64,000 bases of DNA, taken from Alphaproteobacteria bacterium (GTDB lineage Bacteria; Pseudomonadota; Alphaproteobacteria; CAAHEQ01; UBA3637). Below the pieces are notes generated by a model. The model did not search any database. It was not told the DNA's origin and saw nothing but the letters and a program-made list of their open reading frames with translations. Position numbers and translations under genes: made by a program. Below, in pieces: positions 11,728 through 20,492 of this stretch; within the stretch, counting starts at the first letter, position 1; each line of letters opens with the position of its first letter. Location: NCBI GenBank assembly GCA_045611705.1, contig JAZKXR010000007.1, positions 2,241 to 66,240 of the forward strand. The letters run 5' to 3'.

Positions 11728-12372
11728 TGTCATGCCCTGCCAGTCGGGCATCCAACCTACCACTGTCATGCCCGACCCGATCGGGCATCCATAAAGAATT
11801 GAATGTCATGGATCTTCGGATCAAGTCCGAAGATGACAGAGAGAGCATTGTCATGCCCAGCCTGTTGGGCATCCATCCCCCATTGTCATCCCCCACTTGA
11901 TGGGGGAACCATAAGGAATTGAATGCCATAATGGATTCTTCACATACGTTCAGAATGACGGTGGGGGGTGTGCGTCATCCTTGAGGGAGGCAGAGCCGAC
12001 CGAAGGATCCATATTAAGGACTAAAATGCCATGGATCTTCGTGTCAAGCACGAAGATGACAGAGAGAGTGTGTGGATTCTCGGGTCAAGCCCGAGAATGA
12101 CAGAGAGAGTGTTGTCATGTCTTTTCTGTTGGGCATCCATCCCCCATTGTCATCCCCCACTTGATGGGGGATCCATAAGGAATTAAATGCCATAATGGAT
12201 TCTTCACATACGTTCAGAATGACGGTGGGGGGGGTGCGTCATCCTTGAGGGAGGCAGAGCCGACCGAAGGATCCATATTAAGGACTAAAATGCCATAGAT
12301 TCTTCGCTTTGCTCAGAATGACAGGGTGAGAATGGATTCTTCACATACGTTCAGAATGACAGGGTGTTTATT
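11728..12372. repeat. dense array of REP-like GC-clamped hairpin repeats (GTCAT-stem-loop-stem-GGATCC units in both orientations), including a duplicated block of about 167 bp
   Basis: About 20 short palindromic units, e.g. gtcATGCCCgacccgatcGGGCATcc and ggATCTTCGGAtcaagTCCGAAGATgac. Block 11867-12033 is repeated almost exactly at 12131-12296. Confidence 0.7.
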
Positions 12373-12376
12373 CGGG

Positions 12377-12412
12377 CATAAAAAAACACCCCGTTGAAAC
12401 GGAGTGTTTTTT
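12377..12412. terminator. bidirectional intrinsic terminator
   Basis: A-run, then hairpin CACCCCGTT-GAAA-CGGAGTGTT, then T-run; lies downstream of the minus-strand virB2-like gene. Confidence 0.5.
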
Positions 12413-12428
12413 TTGGGATGAGTGATTA

Positions 12429-12773
12429 TTATTGCACAAATCCTGCGTCAATTCCAGGTTCACCTTTGCCTTGTGTTGCAAATTTAATCACGTAGTCGGC
12501 ACAGGCGACAATAGCCACACCGAACACCAAAGCCCACAACCATTTCCATTGGATTTTGCCCAACAAAGCGGCGGCGGCCATACCGATTAAACCAAAAGCA
12601 GCCAAAACATAGAAGACTGTTCTGACACTATTAAAAACGCCACCCAATGTACTGGCGACACCGTCTAATCCAACAGTGGCACCGCCACCACCGCCTTGTG
12701 CCCAAGCATGGCCGGCAAAGGCTACGATACCAAAGATGGCCACGATGGCCAAAGTTTTAAATAATTTTTTCAT
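12429..12773 (-). CDS. virB2: VirB2/TrbC-family T4SS pilin
   Basis: Sec signal ending AWA-Q, Gly-rich mature N-terminus, two hydrophobic helices, about 114 aa. Confidence 0.6.
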   Translation of the reverse strand: MKKLFKTLAIVAIFGIVAFAGHAWAQGGGGGATVGLDGVASTLGGVFNSVRTVFYVLAAFGLIGMAAAALLGKIQWKWLWALVFGVAIVACADYVIKFATQGKGEPGIDAGFVQ

Positions 12774-13071
12774 TTTTTATATTCCTTTCTTTTTTTATTG
12801 ATGCATCAATTCAATTCAAATTCAAAAATTTTTTGACGAATACGATACGCCGGCCAATTTTTTATTTTGATTTTCATGACTCCTTATAAGGATTGATTTT
12901 TGGTTCGGAACCATTCCAAACCATAACTACATCATAAACAAAATTTTGCCTTTGTCCAGTATTTTTTGTAAAAAAATGCAAAAAAAACAAAAATTTTATA
13001 ATTGTTAATAAATTATTAACTTTTTAATGCTTATGATTAAATCAGGTTTTAACATTCGCATCGGGGGATGC

Positions 13072-13833
13072 ATGAAAAAGTTTTTAATCGGCTGGGCTGT
13101 ATTTGGATGGGCTTTGGGTGCTGTTGCCCAAACATCTGATGTTTTGGTTATGCCGAATGCTGATGATTTTTTGGGACCCACTTATGCTATGCCGGATGCC
13201 CCTGTTTTTGTGGAAACACCCAAAATGCCCCCACAAAAAGATATTTTAAGCGAGATTTTTGGTGATAATGCATTGAAATTAAATGCTAACCAACCTGTTC
13301 AACCAATTGCGTCAAAGACAATTACGCCGACCCCCGGGCTGTATTCCCCCAAGCAAAGTATTTTGACGAAGTTGCCGGATTTACCGATGCCTCAGGTAAC
13401 GTTTGAAACGGCTGTGGATACAAAAATCACACCGATTATAAAACAACCCGAATATGCCAATAATTTATTGGCCGAATTACAAGGTGGTAAAAAAACATTT
13501 TTTTCGGCCCCTCGTGAAATTCGTCTTTCTTTTTATCCGGGGCAATCGGCTTTATCGGCCCAGGCATTGAAATGGATTAAAATTTTTGCATTGAAAGTGC
13601 GTGATGATCCGCGTTTGGTGGTGGAAATTCGTGCGTCTGATGAAAATTGGCCGTTGCAAAGCAAACGCGTGGCCTTAATGTTACAGGCTGTGACGGAACA
13701 AGGGGTTTCACGTCATCAAATCTATGTTTATAAAAGTCCGCGTGCGGGCGATAGTGTTTTAATTGGTTATGCAAAGGCAATTGATAAAGAGGTAAAAAAA
13801 GATAAAAAAAGACAAAAAACAATTAATTGGTAA
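13072..13833 (+). CDS. secreted protein with OmpA/MotB-like C-terminal domain
   Basis: Cleavable signal peptide, Pro-rich middle, C-terminus with an OmpA-like pattern (LVVEIRASDE...RVALMLQAVTEQGV). First gene of the pilus-like cluster. Confidence 0.4.
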   Translation: MKKFLIGWAVFGWALGAVAQTSDVLVMPNADDFLGPTYAMPDAPVFVETPKMPPQKDILSEIFGDNALKLNANQPVQPIASKTITPTPGLYSPKQSILTKLPDLPMPQVTFETAVDTKITPIIKQPEYANNLLAELQGGKKTFFSAPREIRLSFYPGQSALSAQALKWIKIFALKVRDDPRLVVEIRASDENWPLQSKRVALMLQAVTEQGVSRHQIYVYKSPRAGDSVLIGYAKAIDKEVKKDKKRQKTINW

Positions 13834-13893
13834 AAAAATGCTTGTATTATAAAAAAAAACAGTGTATGTTTTTTGAAAAACAGGGAGATTGAT

Positions 13894-14589
13894 ATGGTAA
13901 AAAAAATGAAATTATTAAATGCTCTGGTTGTCGGTGGTGTTGTTTTGACCGCTGTTAGTGGTTATGCTCAATCTGGTCAGTTTATTGATTGTTCAAATGG
14001 TGGCAAGGGATGCGATATGCTGTATGCTGCAGATGATGTTTTTTTGGCACCCGATTGCGTGGATTGTGTGTCCGGTGAAATTCAGGTGGAACCGGCTGTA
14101 ACCAAAACATCCTATCAACCTTTGTCTTATTCAATGCCGGCCGATACCCGCGTGGAAGTGTTGCCCAGTGGGGCTGTTCGTACGACAACAACTCAGGTTT
14201 CTGGTGTGCGAAATGGGGTAACGGATGTGCAAACAACACGCAAAGTGGAACGATTGGAAGAACAAACTTTGTCCGGCAAATGGGTTACTCATGATACAAA
14301 TGAAAAAATAGCATTTGGTGAAGGTGTTCACGATTGGGATGCGGCGCGCGGTGAAACATTGAAATCTTTGTTGACTCAATGGTCCGAAGTATCTGGTTGG
14401 ACTTTGGTTTGGAAAATGGATCGTGATTATAATTTGGAAGCCGGCGTTGTTTTCCGTGGTACATATACCGAAGTGGCCAGTGCGATAATTCGTACTTTTG
14501 CCCGTGCGAAACCGGCTCCTATCGGGACTTTTTATCGTGGTAATCGTGTTTTGGTTGTCAGTATACAGGAGGACGAGAATGCTCATTAA
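13894..14589 (+). CDS. TcpQ-like pilus-biogenesis protein (secretin-associated)
   Basis: Signal peptide; C-terminal block GWTLVWKMDRDYNLEAGVVFRGTYTEVASAIIRTF...FYRGNRVLVV resembles the TcpQ/PilL domain. Position immediately 5' of the secretin matches tcpQ-tcpC. Confidence 0.45.
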   Translation: MVKKMKLLNALVVGGVVLTAVSGYAQSGQFIDCSNGGKGCDMLYAADDVFLAPDCVDCVSGEIQVEPAVTKTSYQPLSYSMPADTRVEVLPSGAVRTTTTQVSGVRNGVTDVQTTRKVERLEEQTLSGKWVTHDTNEKIAFGEGVHDWDAARGETLKSLLTQWSEVSGWTLVWKMDRDYNLEAGVVFRGTYTEVASAIIRTFARAKPAPIGTFYRGNRVLVVSIQEDENAH

Positions 14590-16234
14590 AAAATTATCCA
14601 TTGCTTTGTTGGCGGGTTGTGTTGCCTTATCCGGATGTAATCAGCATGTGGTTGAGGCAAATAAGCGTATTGAGGAAACTTTGTCCCGTGTGGAAGAATA
14701 CAAAGAGGCGGCCCAAATTCCGGATTTGCCCGAAGTAACCGATACCGTTCGTATGCAAAACGATATTTACTTGGGTAACCAAAGCGTCAAAATTATGGAA
14801 GGCGATTCTTTACCCAGTTGGTTGGAAAAAGATGACGGTATCACAATGGCTGTATCCGAAGATGCGACTTTGCCAAATATCTTGCAGGAAGTTTCCGATA
14901 TCACGGGTATGAATATCCGTTTGGATGATTTGCGTCAAGAAAATGCAATTCCTGAAAATGCTGTGCCGTTGAAATATTCCGGTTCTTTAAGCGGTTTGTT
15001 GAATTATTTGGCCAATCGTTTTAATGTGTATTGGCGTTATAAGGATGGTGCGATACATTTTTATACAAAAGAAACGCGTGTCTTTACAATTTATGCTTTG
15101 CCGACCGAAACATCTTTGCAGGCCAGCATTACAGGTGCAACCATGGGTGAAAGCGGTGGCGGTAATGCAACGTCCAGCTTGTCGGTCAATTCCGATTTGA
15201 AAATTTGGGAAAGTATTGAAGAAGGCGTCAAACAAGTTGTTGGCGAAAATGGTCAGTTATCATTTTCCCGTGTGGCAGGTACGGTAACCGTGACGGCCAG
15301 TCCTTTTATCGTGCGTAAGGTTGCGGCATATGTGGCCAATTGGAACGAAAAATTGTCCCGTCAGGTGGCCATTACGGTTCGTATTATTCAGGTTACCTTG
15401 AATGATAAAAATAACTATGGTTTGGATTTGGACGCAGCATTTAAAAACAGTGTATTGTCGCCGTTGAAATTTGCAACAACGGTTGTGGAAGAGGGGGCTT
15501 CGGCCATTACCGGCAACTTGTCAATGACATTATTGAAACCCGGCAGATTGAGCGGTTCCAAGGCAATTATTAATGCTTTATCCAGCCAGGGAAAAACAAG
15601 ATTGTTGAATACATCTTCTGTTACAACATTGAATAACAAGTTGGCACCGGTGCAAATTTCAACATCCAAAAACTATTTAAAGGAAATTACCGTTACAACA
15701 TCGGGCAGCGGTGATGATAAATCAACTGATACCGATTATGAAGTGGATACTTTAAACTACGGTTTTACAATGGAGGTTTTGCCCCGTATTTTGGATCATG
15801 GTCGCTTAATCGTTTTGTTTAATTTATCCATTACCGATTTCTTGGGCTTTGAATATGCCGGTTCTGCCGATAAAAAATCAGAATCAGAATCTTCCAGTTC
15901 CTCAGGTGAGGGAACAACGGGGGATTCAAGCAGTGATTCAAGCAGTGATTCAGAAAGCGATTCGGAATCCGAAGTTACCAAATTGCAATTGCCGACAATG
16001 CAGATGCGTGGTTTTGTGCAAGAAATTGCCATGCGTTCAGGTCAAACATTGGTCTTAACTGGATTTGAAGAATTAAGAGAAACAACTTCTTCATCCGGTA
16101 TTGGAAAGGCCAAAATGGGATTATTGGGTGGAAAAGCCTATAATGATATGGAACGCAAGGTTTTGGTGATTACAATGACACCTGAGGTTTTAAGATCTCC
16201 CTTGTCACAAGAAGCCTTAATGCGGGATTATTAA
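14579..16234 (+). CDS. outer-membrane lipoprotein secretin (PilN/TcpC type)
   Basis: AGGAGG RBS, lipobox LSGC, C-terminal secretin domain (TTLNNKLAPVQIS...KVLVITMTPEVL), internal S/D/E-rich low-complexity insert. Confidence 0.8.
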   Translation: MLIKKLSIALLAGCVALSGCNQHVVEANKRIEETLSRVEEYKEAAQIPDLPEVTDTVRMQNDIYLGNQSVKIMEGDSLPSWLEKDDGITMAVSEDATLPNILQEVSDITGMNIRLDDLRQENAIPENAVPLKYSGSLSGLLNYLANRFNVYWRYKDGAIHFYTKETRVFTIYALPTETSLQASITGATMGESGGGNATSSLSVNSDLKIWESIEEGVKQVVGENGQLSFSRVAGTVTVTASPFIVRKVAAYVANWNEKLSRQVAITVRIIQVTLNDKNNYGLDLDAAFKNSVLSPLKFATTVVEEGASAITGNLSMTLLKPGRLSGSKAIINALSSQGKTRLLNTSSVTTLNNKLAPVQISTSKNYLKEITVTTSGSGDDKSTDTDYEVDTLNYGFTMEVLPRILDHGRLIVLFNLSITDFLGFEYAGSADKKSESESSSSSGEGTTGDSSSDSSSDSESDSESEVTKLQLPTMQMRGFVQEIAMRSGQTLVLTGFEELRETTSSSGIGKAKMGLLGGKAYNDMERKVLVITMTPEVLRSPLSQEALMRDY

Positions 16235-16244
16235 AGGAGTCCGT

Positions 16245-17603
16245 ATGGAAAAAGAAGAACAACCGGCGAATTTAATTGATCAATTGGAAACAACACGGGA
16301 TGAGGTTGTCAAACGTTCCTCAACCGGTGTTGTGACCGTTGATGGTCAAAAATATGCGGTTGGTTTGGTATGGCAACCGGTTCAAAATCTGGACGACCCG
16401 ATTGTTGAAATTCGTGAATCTGCCGACAGTGAAACAGGTGCTGATTTATACTGTTTACGTCCGGCGGCAACCCCGCAATACGGTATGGGGTACAGCGAAT
16501 TGGGGCATCGTGATGGTATGCCTTCGTTGGCGGCCGCTGTGGCATCTGTTTTAACCGAATACAGTTCTGTTTGTGCCGTTTTCCGTGTGGATGAAGGATG
16601 GTGGTTGATTGCCATTCGTAATGATTTGATTTTGGCCGAAGAAGATATTGTCTTTGCCACAGAGGTTGAAGCTCAACGTGCCTATGCCGCTATGATGGCG
16701 GTGCCGGATTGGGGGATTCGTATTGTCCCACCGGAATGGAACATAGAAGGTGTTCAACAGGAAGATTTAACAAAACTTGTTCATGGTACACGTAAGGTCC
16801 GTTTGCAATCCATCAATGCCCAAAGACGAACAAAGTTTTTATTGGCTATTGCTCTTTTCATTGTTTTGGGCTTGGCATATTTAATATGGATGTTGGTTCA
16901 GGTTTTAAGCGAGGTGTTTACAGAAGACCAGGATATCATCCGTCCGCCGCCAACGGGTACACAATTGGGGGTTCAGGCCCCACCGCCAACCGCCACGCAT
17001 AAGCCATGGGAAGTTTTGCCGGATATGAAGCAATTCTTTGACCGTTGCTGGAATGCCGCTTATCAGGTTCGGTCGGTTATTGTGCCGGGATGGACAATGG
17101 GTATTATTCAATGTACAAAAGGTGAAGTTTTAACATCATGGCAATTGGAAAATCCGAAATTGGGACGTTTGTCATGGATGCGTTATGGTGTCAATGAATA
17201 TCAATTGAGTCCGAATTTTAAAATTGAAATTAAATCTGACGGAACATCGGCCACCGGCATGGTGACCTTTGATACGAAACTGTCCACGGTTTCATCTGAA
17301 CCAAAAATGACACCGATAGAATTGGAAGAAGATATTCGTGAAATTCAACAGGCAACGGGTTTAAGTTTTCAATTTAATCGCCAAACACTGTTGGATCCGC
17401 CCAATCGGGCCGATGGAACACGTCCACCCAATCAAAAAACATACACATACTATTCTTTTGTGGTTTTATCACCATATGCACCAATGGAATGGTTGTCGTT
17501 TTTTGAAAAGTTTTCTGGTTTGGAAATAACAAAACTGGAATATACGCCGTCTGGCGATGCAACAAACAAATGGAAGTATGAGGGAAGAATCTATGCAAAA
17601 TAA
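16245..17603 (+). CDS. bitopic inner-membrane pilus assembly protein (PilO/TcpR-D-like)
   Basis: Single central TM (LLAIALFIVLGLAYLIWMLV); operon position between the secretin and the PilP-like gene. Confidence 0.35.
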   Translation: MEKEEQPANLIDQLETTRDEVVKRSSTGVVTVDGQKYAVGLVWQPVQNLDDPIVEIRESADSETGADLYCLRPAATPQYGMGYSELGHRDGMPSLAAAVASVLTEYSSVCAVFRVDEGWWLIAIRNDLILAEEDIVFATEVEAQRAYAAMMAVPDWGIRIVPPEWNIEGVQQEDLTKLVHGTRKVRLQSINAQRRTKFLLAIALFIVLGLAYLIWMLVQVLSEVFTEDQDIIRPPPTGTQLGVQAPPPTATHKPWEVLPDMKQFFDRCWNAAYQVRSVIVPGWTMGIIQCTKGEVLTSWQLENPKLGRLSWMRYGVNEYQLSPNFKIEIKSDGTSATGMVTFDTKLSTVSSEPKMTPIELEEDIREIQQATGLSFQFNRQTLLDPPNRADGTRPPNQKTYTYYSFVVLSPYAPMEWLSFFEKFSGLEITKLEYTPSGDATNKWKYEGRIYAK

Positions 17604-18507
17604 AACATTTTTAAAAACATTGTTCGTGATTTCTTTTTTAACTGTACCGGCTTGGGTAATGACGGTTGATGCATCTGTTCCATCGCAACCAGATGCTTCA
17701 AGATCATTAGGATTATCGGATATTGATTTAAGCAATAAAAAAACTGTTGATTTTTCTGCTCGTACATCAATGGATGAATTGGAATTAACAACCTTGCCCG
17801 GTGTCAATGAAACAAATATTACAGGGCCGGCGGCTTTTTCGGAATCTGTTGGCAGCAATGATTATCCCAGTGAACAATTATTGGGTCGTTTGAATCCGGA
17901 TGTTTTTGAAGAAATGGCTGCATTAGAAAGGGATAAAGCCTTTTTAACTTTGCAAGTTCAAAAGGCAGAATTGTCTAATAAATTGGAAGATTTACGTGCG
18001 ACATATCGTCAAAATCGGTTGGATGAAATCGCCAGACGTGAAGATGTGATTCGGACGCGTATTCAATGGTGGCAGGAACAGGAAAAATTGCGTTTAGAGG
18101 CCGAAAATCAACGTCAGGAAGCCGAAGAATTAAAAGCTCAGCGTCAAGAAGCCGAAGCCTTGAAAGAACAATTGGCCGAAGCACAACGTGCTGTTTTGGA
18201 AGCACAGGCACAGGCAGAAGCACAAGCTCGGGCACAACAACAGCAAGCTCAATTAGTGCCAGAGGCAGTGGTTATTGATGAAACAACAGATGCCGATTTG
18301 GAACCCATTGTTTCGCATCCGTCATATGTTTTGGTGGGTGTAAAGGGAACTCGCGGTAATTTACAGGCTCGTGTTAAAAACACATCTTCCGGAGAAATAT
18401 CAAACGTTCGTACGGGTGAAAATTTGTTTGGTGAGGTTGTAACGGCGGTTACACCAGACAGTGTTATTTTATTGCGTGATAATTCCGAATATGTGATTAC
18501 ATTTTAG
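17593..18507 (+). CDS. PilP-like pilus assembly protein (N-terminal anchor, coiled coil, C-terminal beta domain)
   Basis: N-terminal hydrophobic segment, long QA-rich coiled coil, C-terminal VLVGVKGTRGNLQARV...VILLRD resembling the PilP secretin-binding domain. Confidence 0.4.
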   Translation: MQNKTFLKTLFVISFLTVPAWVMTVDASVPSQPDASRSLGLSDIDLSNKKTVDFSARTSMDELELTTLPGVNETNITGPAAFSESVGSNDYPSEQLLGRLNPDVFEEMAALERDKAFLTLQVQKAELSNKLEDLRATYRQNRLDEIARREDVIRTRIQWWQEQEKLRLEAENQRQEAEELKAQRQEAEALKEQLAEAQRAVLEAQAQAEAQARAQQQQAQLVPEAVVIDETTDADLEPIVSHPSYVLVGVKGTRGNLQARVKNTSSGEISNVRTGENLFGEVVTAVTPDSVILLRDNSEYVITF

Positions 18508-18512
18508 TTTGA

Positions 18513-20480
18513 TTGGATTTTGAAATGGTGGAAGAAAATCAACAAATCGTTTCTGAAACTGTGTCAGCGGGTGGGGTTGAAAAATCCGGTGAGGTTTTTT
18601 CATCACCGATATTACCAACCCAGAGTATGCCTGTGGATGAAAACCAGGCGTCACCACAAATTCAATCGGATGAAACCCAATCATTTTCGGCGGCGGATGT
18701 TTTGGCCCCACAGCAAGATTTATCCGAAACTTTGGATACCTTAAAGGAATATTCCGAACAACCTCAAACACCTCAGCCGGCACAGGTGGTACCCGAAGAA
18801 ATTACTGCCCAAACAAAATTGACAGTAGAAGAAGATCCACATGCCGAAGAAGATGATAAAAAAGAACTTTATTCATATGATATTGATCCAAATGATCACA
18901 GTTCCGTTCGTTTTTTAAAGGATTTATATGATAATTCAAACGAATGTATGACATCTGAAACAGGTTCTTTTCCCGTAAATGAAGAAACACGTAAGTTGTT
19001 GGCTTTGTTTTCAAACGGTCGTTTTTTTGTGGTGGAAGAAAGCAAATATGACGGTCGTGTTTTGGGATTTGAATATTTGGCCAAAAAAAGACGTTTACAG
19101 ATATCTGATCCCGAATATGTGACGCCTTCGGAATTGTTGGCTATTTATACCTATGCCGATCAAATTCGTACAGCAACGGATACGATCAGTGCCGAAGAAG
19201 TTCAGCGTCAAACACGTATGCAACGGGACTTTGTAACAGTGATTTCCCGTGCCGCCATTAACCATGTATCTGATATTCACATTGTTGTGGCCGATCACAC
19301 AACGGTTTTATTTCGTGTAAACGGTTTAATGCAAACAGAAATGGAATATAACAAGGATTGGGGTGAAAGCTTTGTTCGTGCGGCCTTTGCCTCGGCGGAT
19401 GTTTCGGATTCCAACTATGCTCAAAATGAATATCAGGCGGCTCAAAAATTGGGGCGTACGCCTTTGCGTGGTTCGGGTGGACGATTGGTGTTGCCTAAAT
19501 CTGTTTTGGGTTTGCGTTTGCAATTTAACCCGATTGCCTTTGGTACCCGCTATGTGATTATCCGTTTATTGTATGCGGATGAAAATGCGGCCTCAGGCGA
19601 TCAAGCATTGGAAAGTTTGGGCTTTTCGGATTATGATATTGAAAAATTCAGATATTTGCGTTCATTGCCAACGGGAATTGTGGTCGTATCTGGACCGACT
19701 GGTTCGGGTAAATCCACAACATTGCAACGTAATATGATTTCTATGTTAAAGGAACGCAACTATGAAACCAACCTGATTACGGTGGAAGACCCGCCCGAAT
19801 ATCCGATTCCCGGTGCTCGTCAGATGCCGGTGACCAACGCGGGTGTTGAAGAAGCCAAAGACCGTGAATTTACAAAGGCTTTGTCGGCGGCTTTGCGTTC
19901 TGACCCTGATTCATTAATGATCGGTGAAATTCGTACGCTTGCGGCGGCCGATTTGGCCTTCCGTGGTGCTTTGTCAGGCCACAACGTATGGACAACTTTG
20001 CACGCCAATACGGCTTCGGCGGTTTTGTTGCGTTTAAAGGATATTGGTGTGGAAGATTTTAAATTACAGGATCCATCCATTATGCGTGGTATGTTGGCCC
20101 AACGTTTGTTCCGAAAAGTTTGTCCGTTTTGCCGAGTGGCAACCAAAACACAGTTAAATCATCCGGCCGTTCAACGTTTGCGTGAAGCCTATGGTGATAT
20201 CGGTTTGGAAAATACTTATTTGCGTGGGGCCGGTTGTGAAGAATGTGATTTTCGTGGCGTCAGTGGACGTTCGGCTGTGGCAGAATTTATTTTACCCGAT
20301 ACAACCTTTTTGGATTTGATGTTAAAGGGGGAAACGCAAAAAGCATTGAATTATTGGGTGACGGATTTACATGGTCGTACCTTGAAAGAAGGGGCCACAG
20401 AGCATATGTTTAAAGGTGAGTTTGATATTGAAGAAGTGGAACGTTGGTGCGGACAACTCAATCAACCGAACCTGATTTAA
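18513..20480 (+). CDS. GspE/PilB/TcpT-family secretion ATPase with a unique acidic N-terminal extension of about 230 aa
   Basis: Walker A GPTGSGKST, Asp box, His box, C-terminal tetracysteine (CPFC...CEEC). Confidence 0.85.
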   Translation: MDFEMVEENQQIVSETVSAGGVEKSGEVFSSPILPTQSMPVDENQASPQIQSDETQSFSAADVLAPQQDLSETLDTLKEYSEQPQTPQPAQVVPEEITAQTKLTVEEDPHAEEDDKKELYSYDIDPNDHSSVRFLKDLYDNSNECMTSETGSFPVNEETRKLLALFSNGRFFVVEESKYDGRVLGFEYLAKKRRLQISDPEYVTPSELLAIYTYADQIRTATDTISAEEVQRQTRMQRDFVTVISRAAINHVSDIHIVVADHTTVLFRVNGLMQTEMEYNKDWGESFVRAAFASADVSDSNYAQNEYQAAQKLGRTPLRGSGGRLVLPKSVLGLRLQFNPIAFGTRYVIIRLLYADENAASGDQALESLGFSDYDIEKFRYLRSLPTGIVVVSGPTGSGKSTTLQRNMISMLKERNYETNLITVEDPPEYPIPGARQMPVTNAGVEEAKDREFTKALSAALRSDPDSLMIGEIRTLAAADLAFRGALSGHNVWTTLHANTASAVLLRLKDIGVEDFKLQDPSIMRGMLAQRLFRKVCPFCRVATKTQLNHPAVQRLREAYGDIGLENTYLRGAGCEECDFRGVSGRSAVAEFILPDTTFLDLMLKGETQKALNYWVTDLHGRTLKEGATEHMFKGEFDIEEVERWCGQLNQPNLI

Positions 20481-20492
20481 GGATGGTGAAGC

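Noticed and set aside
11728-12372. Possible CRISPR array
   Set aside because: The units are heterogeneous hairpins in both orientations with no constant repeat alternating with unique spacers. A 167-bp block is duplicated wholesale. This is a REP-like element array, not CRISPR.
12429-12773. The 114-aa pilin-like protein as the missing type IVb prepilin
   Set aside because: It has a classical Sec signal (…HAWA/Q) and the two-helix architecture of VirB2/TrbC. It lacks the class III leader-Gly-hydrophobic N-terminus of type IV prepilins.
14131-14601. 156-aa and 85-aa minus-strand ORFs inside the TcpQ-like gene
   Set aside because: They are antisense to a coding region with clear signal peptide, RBS and operon context, and are spurious.
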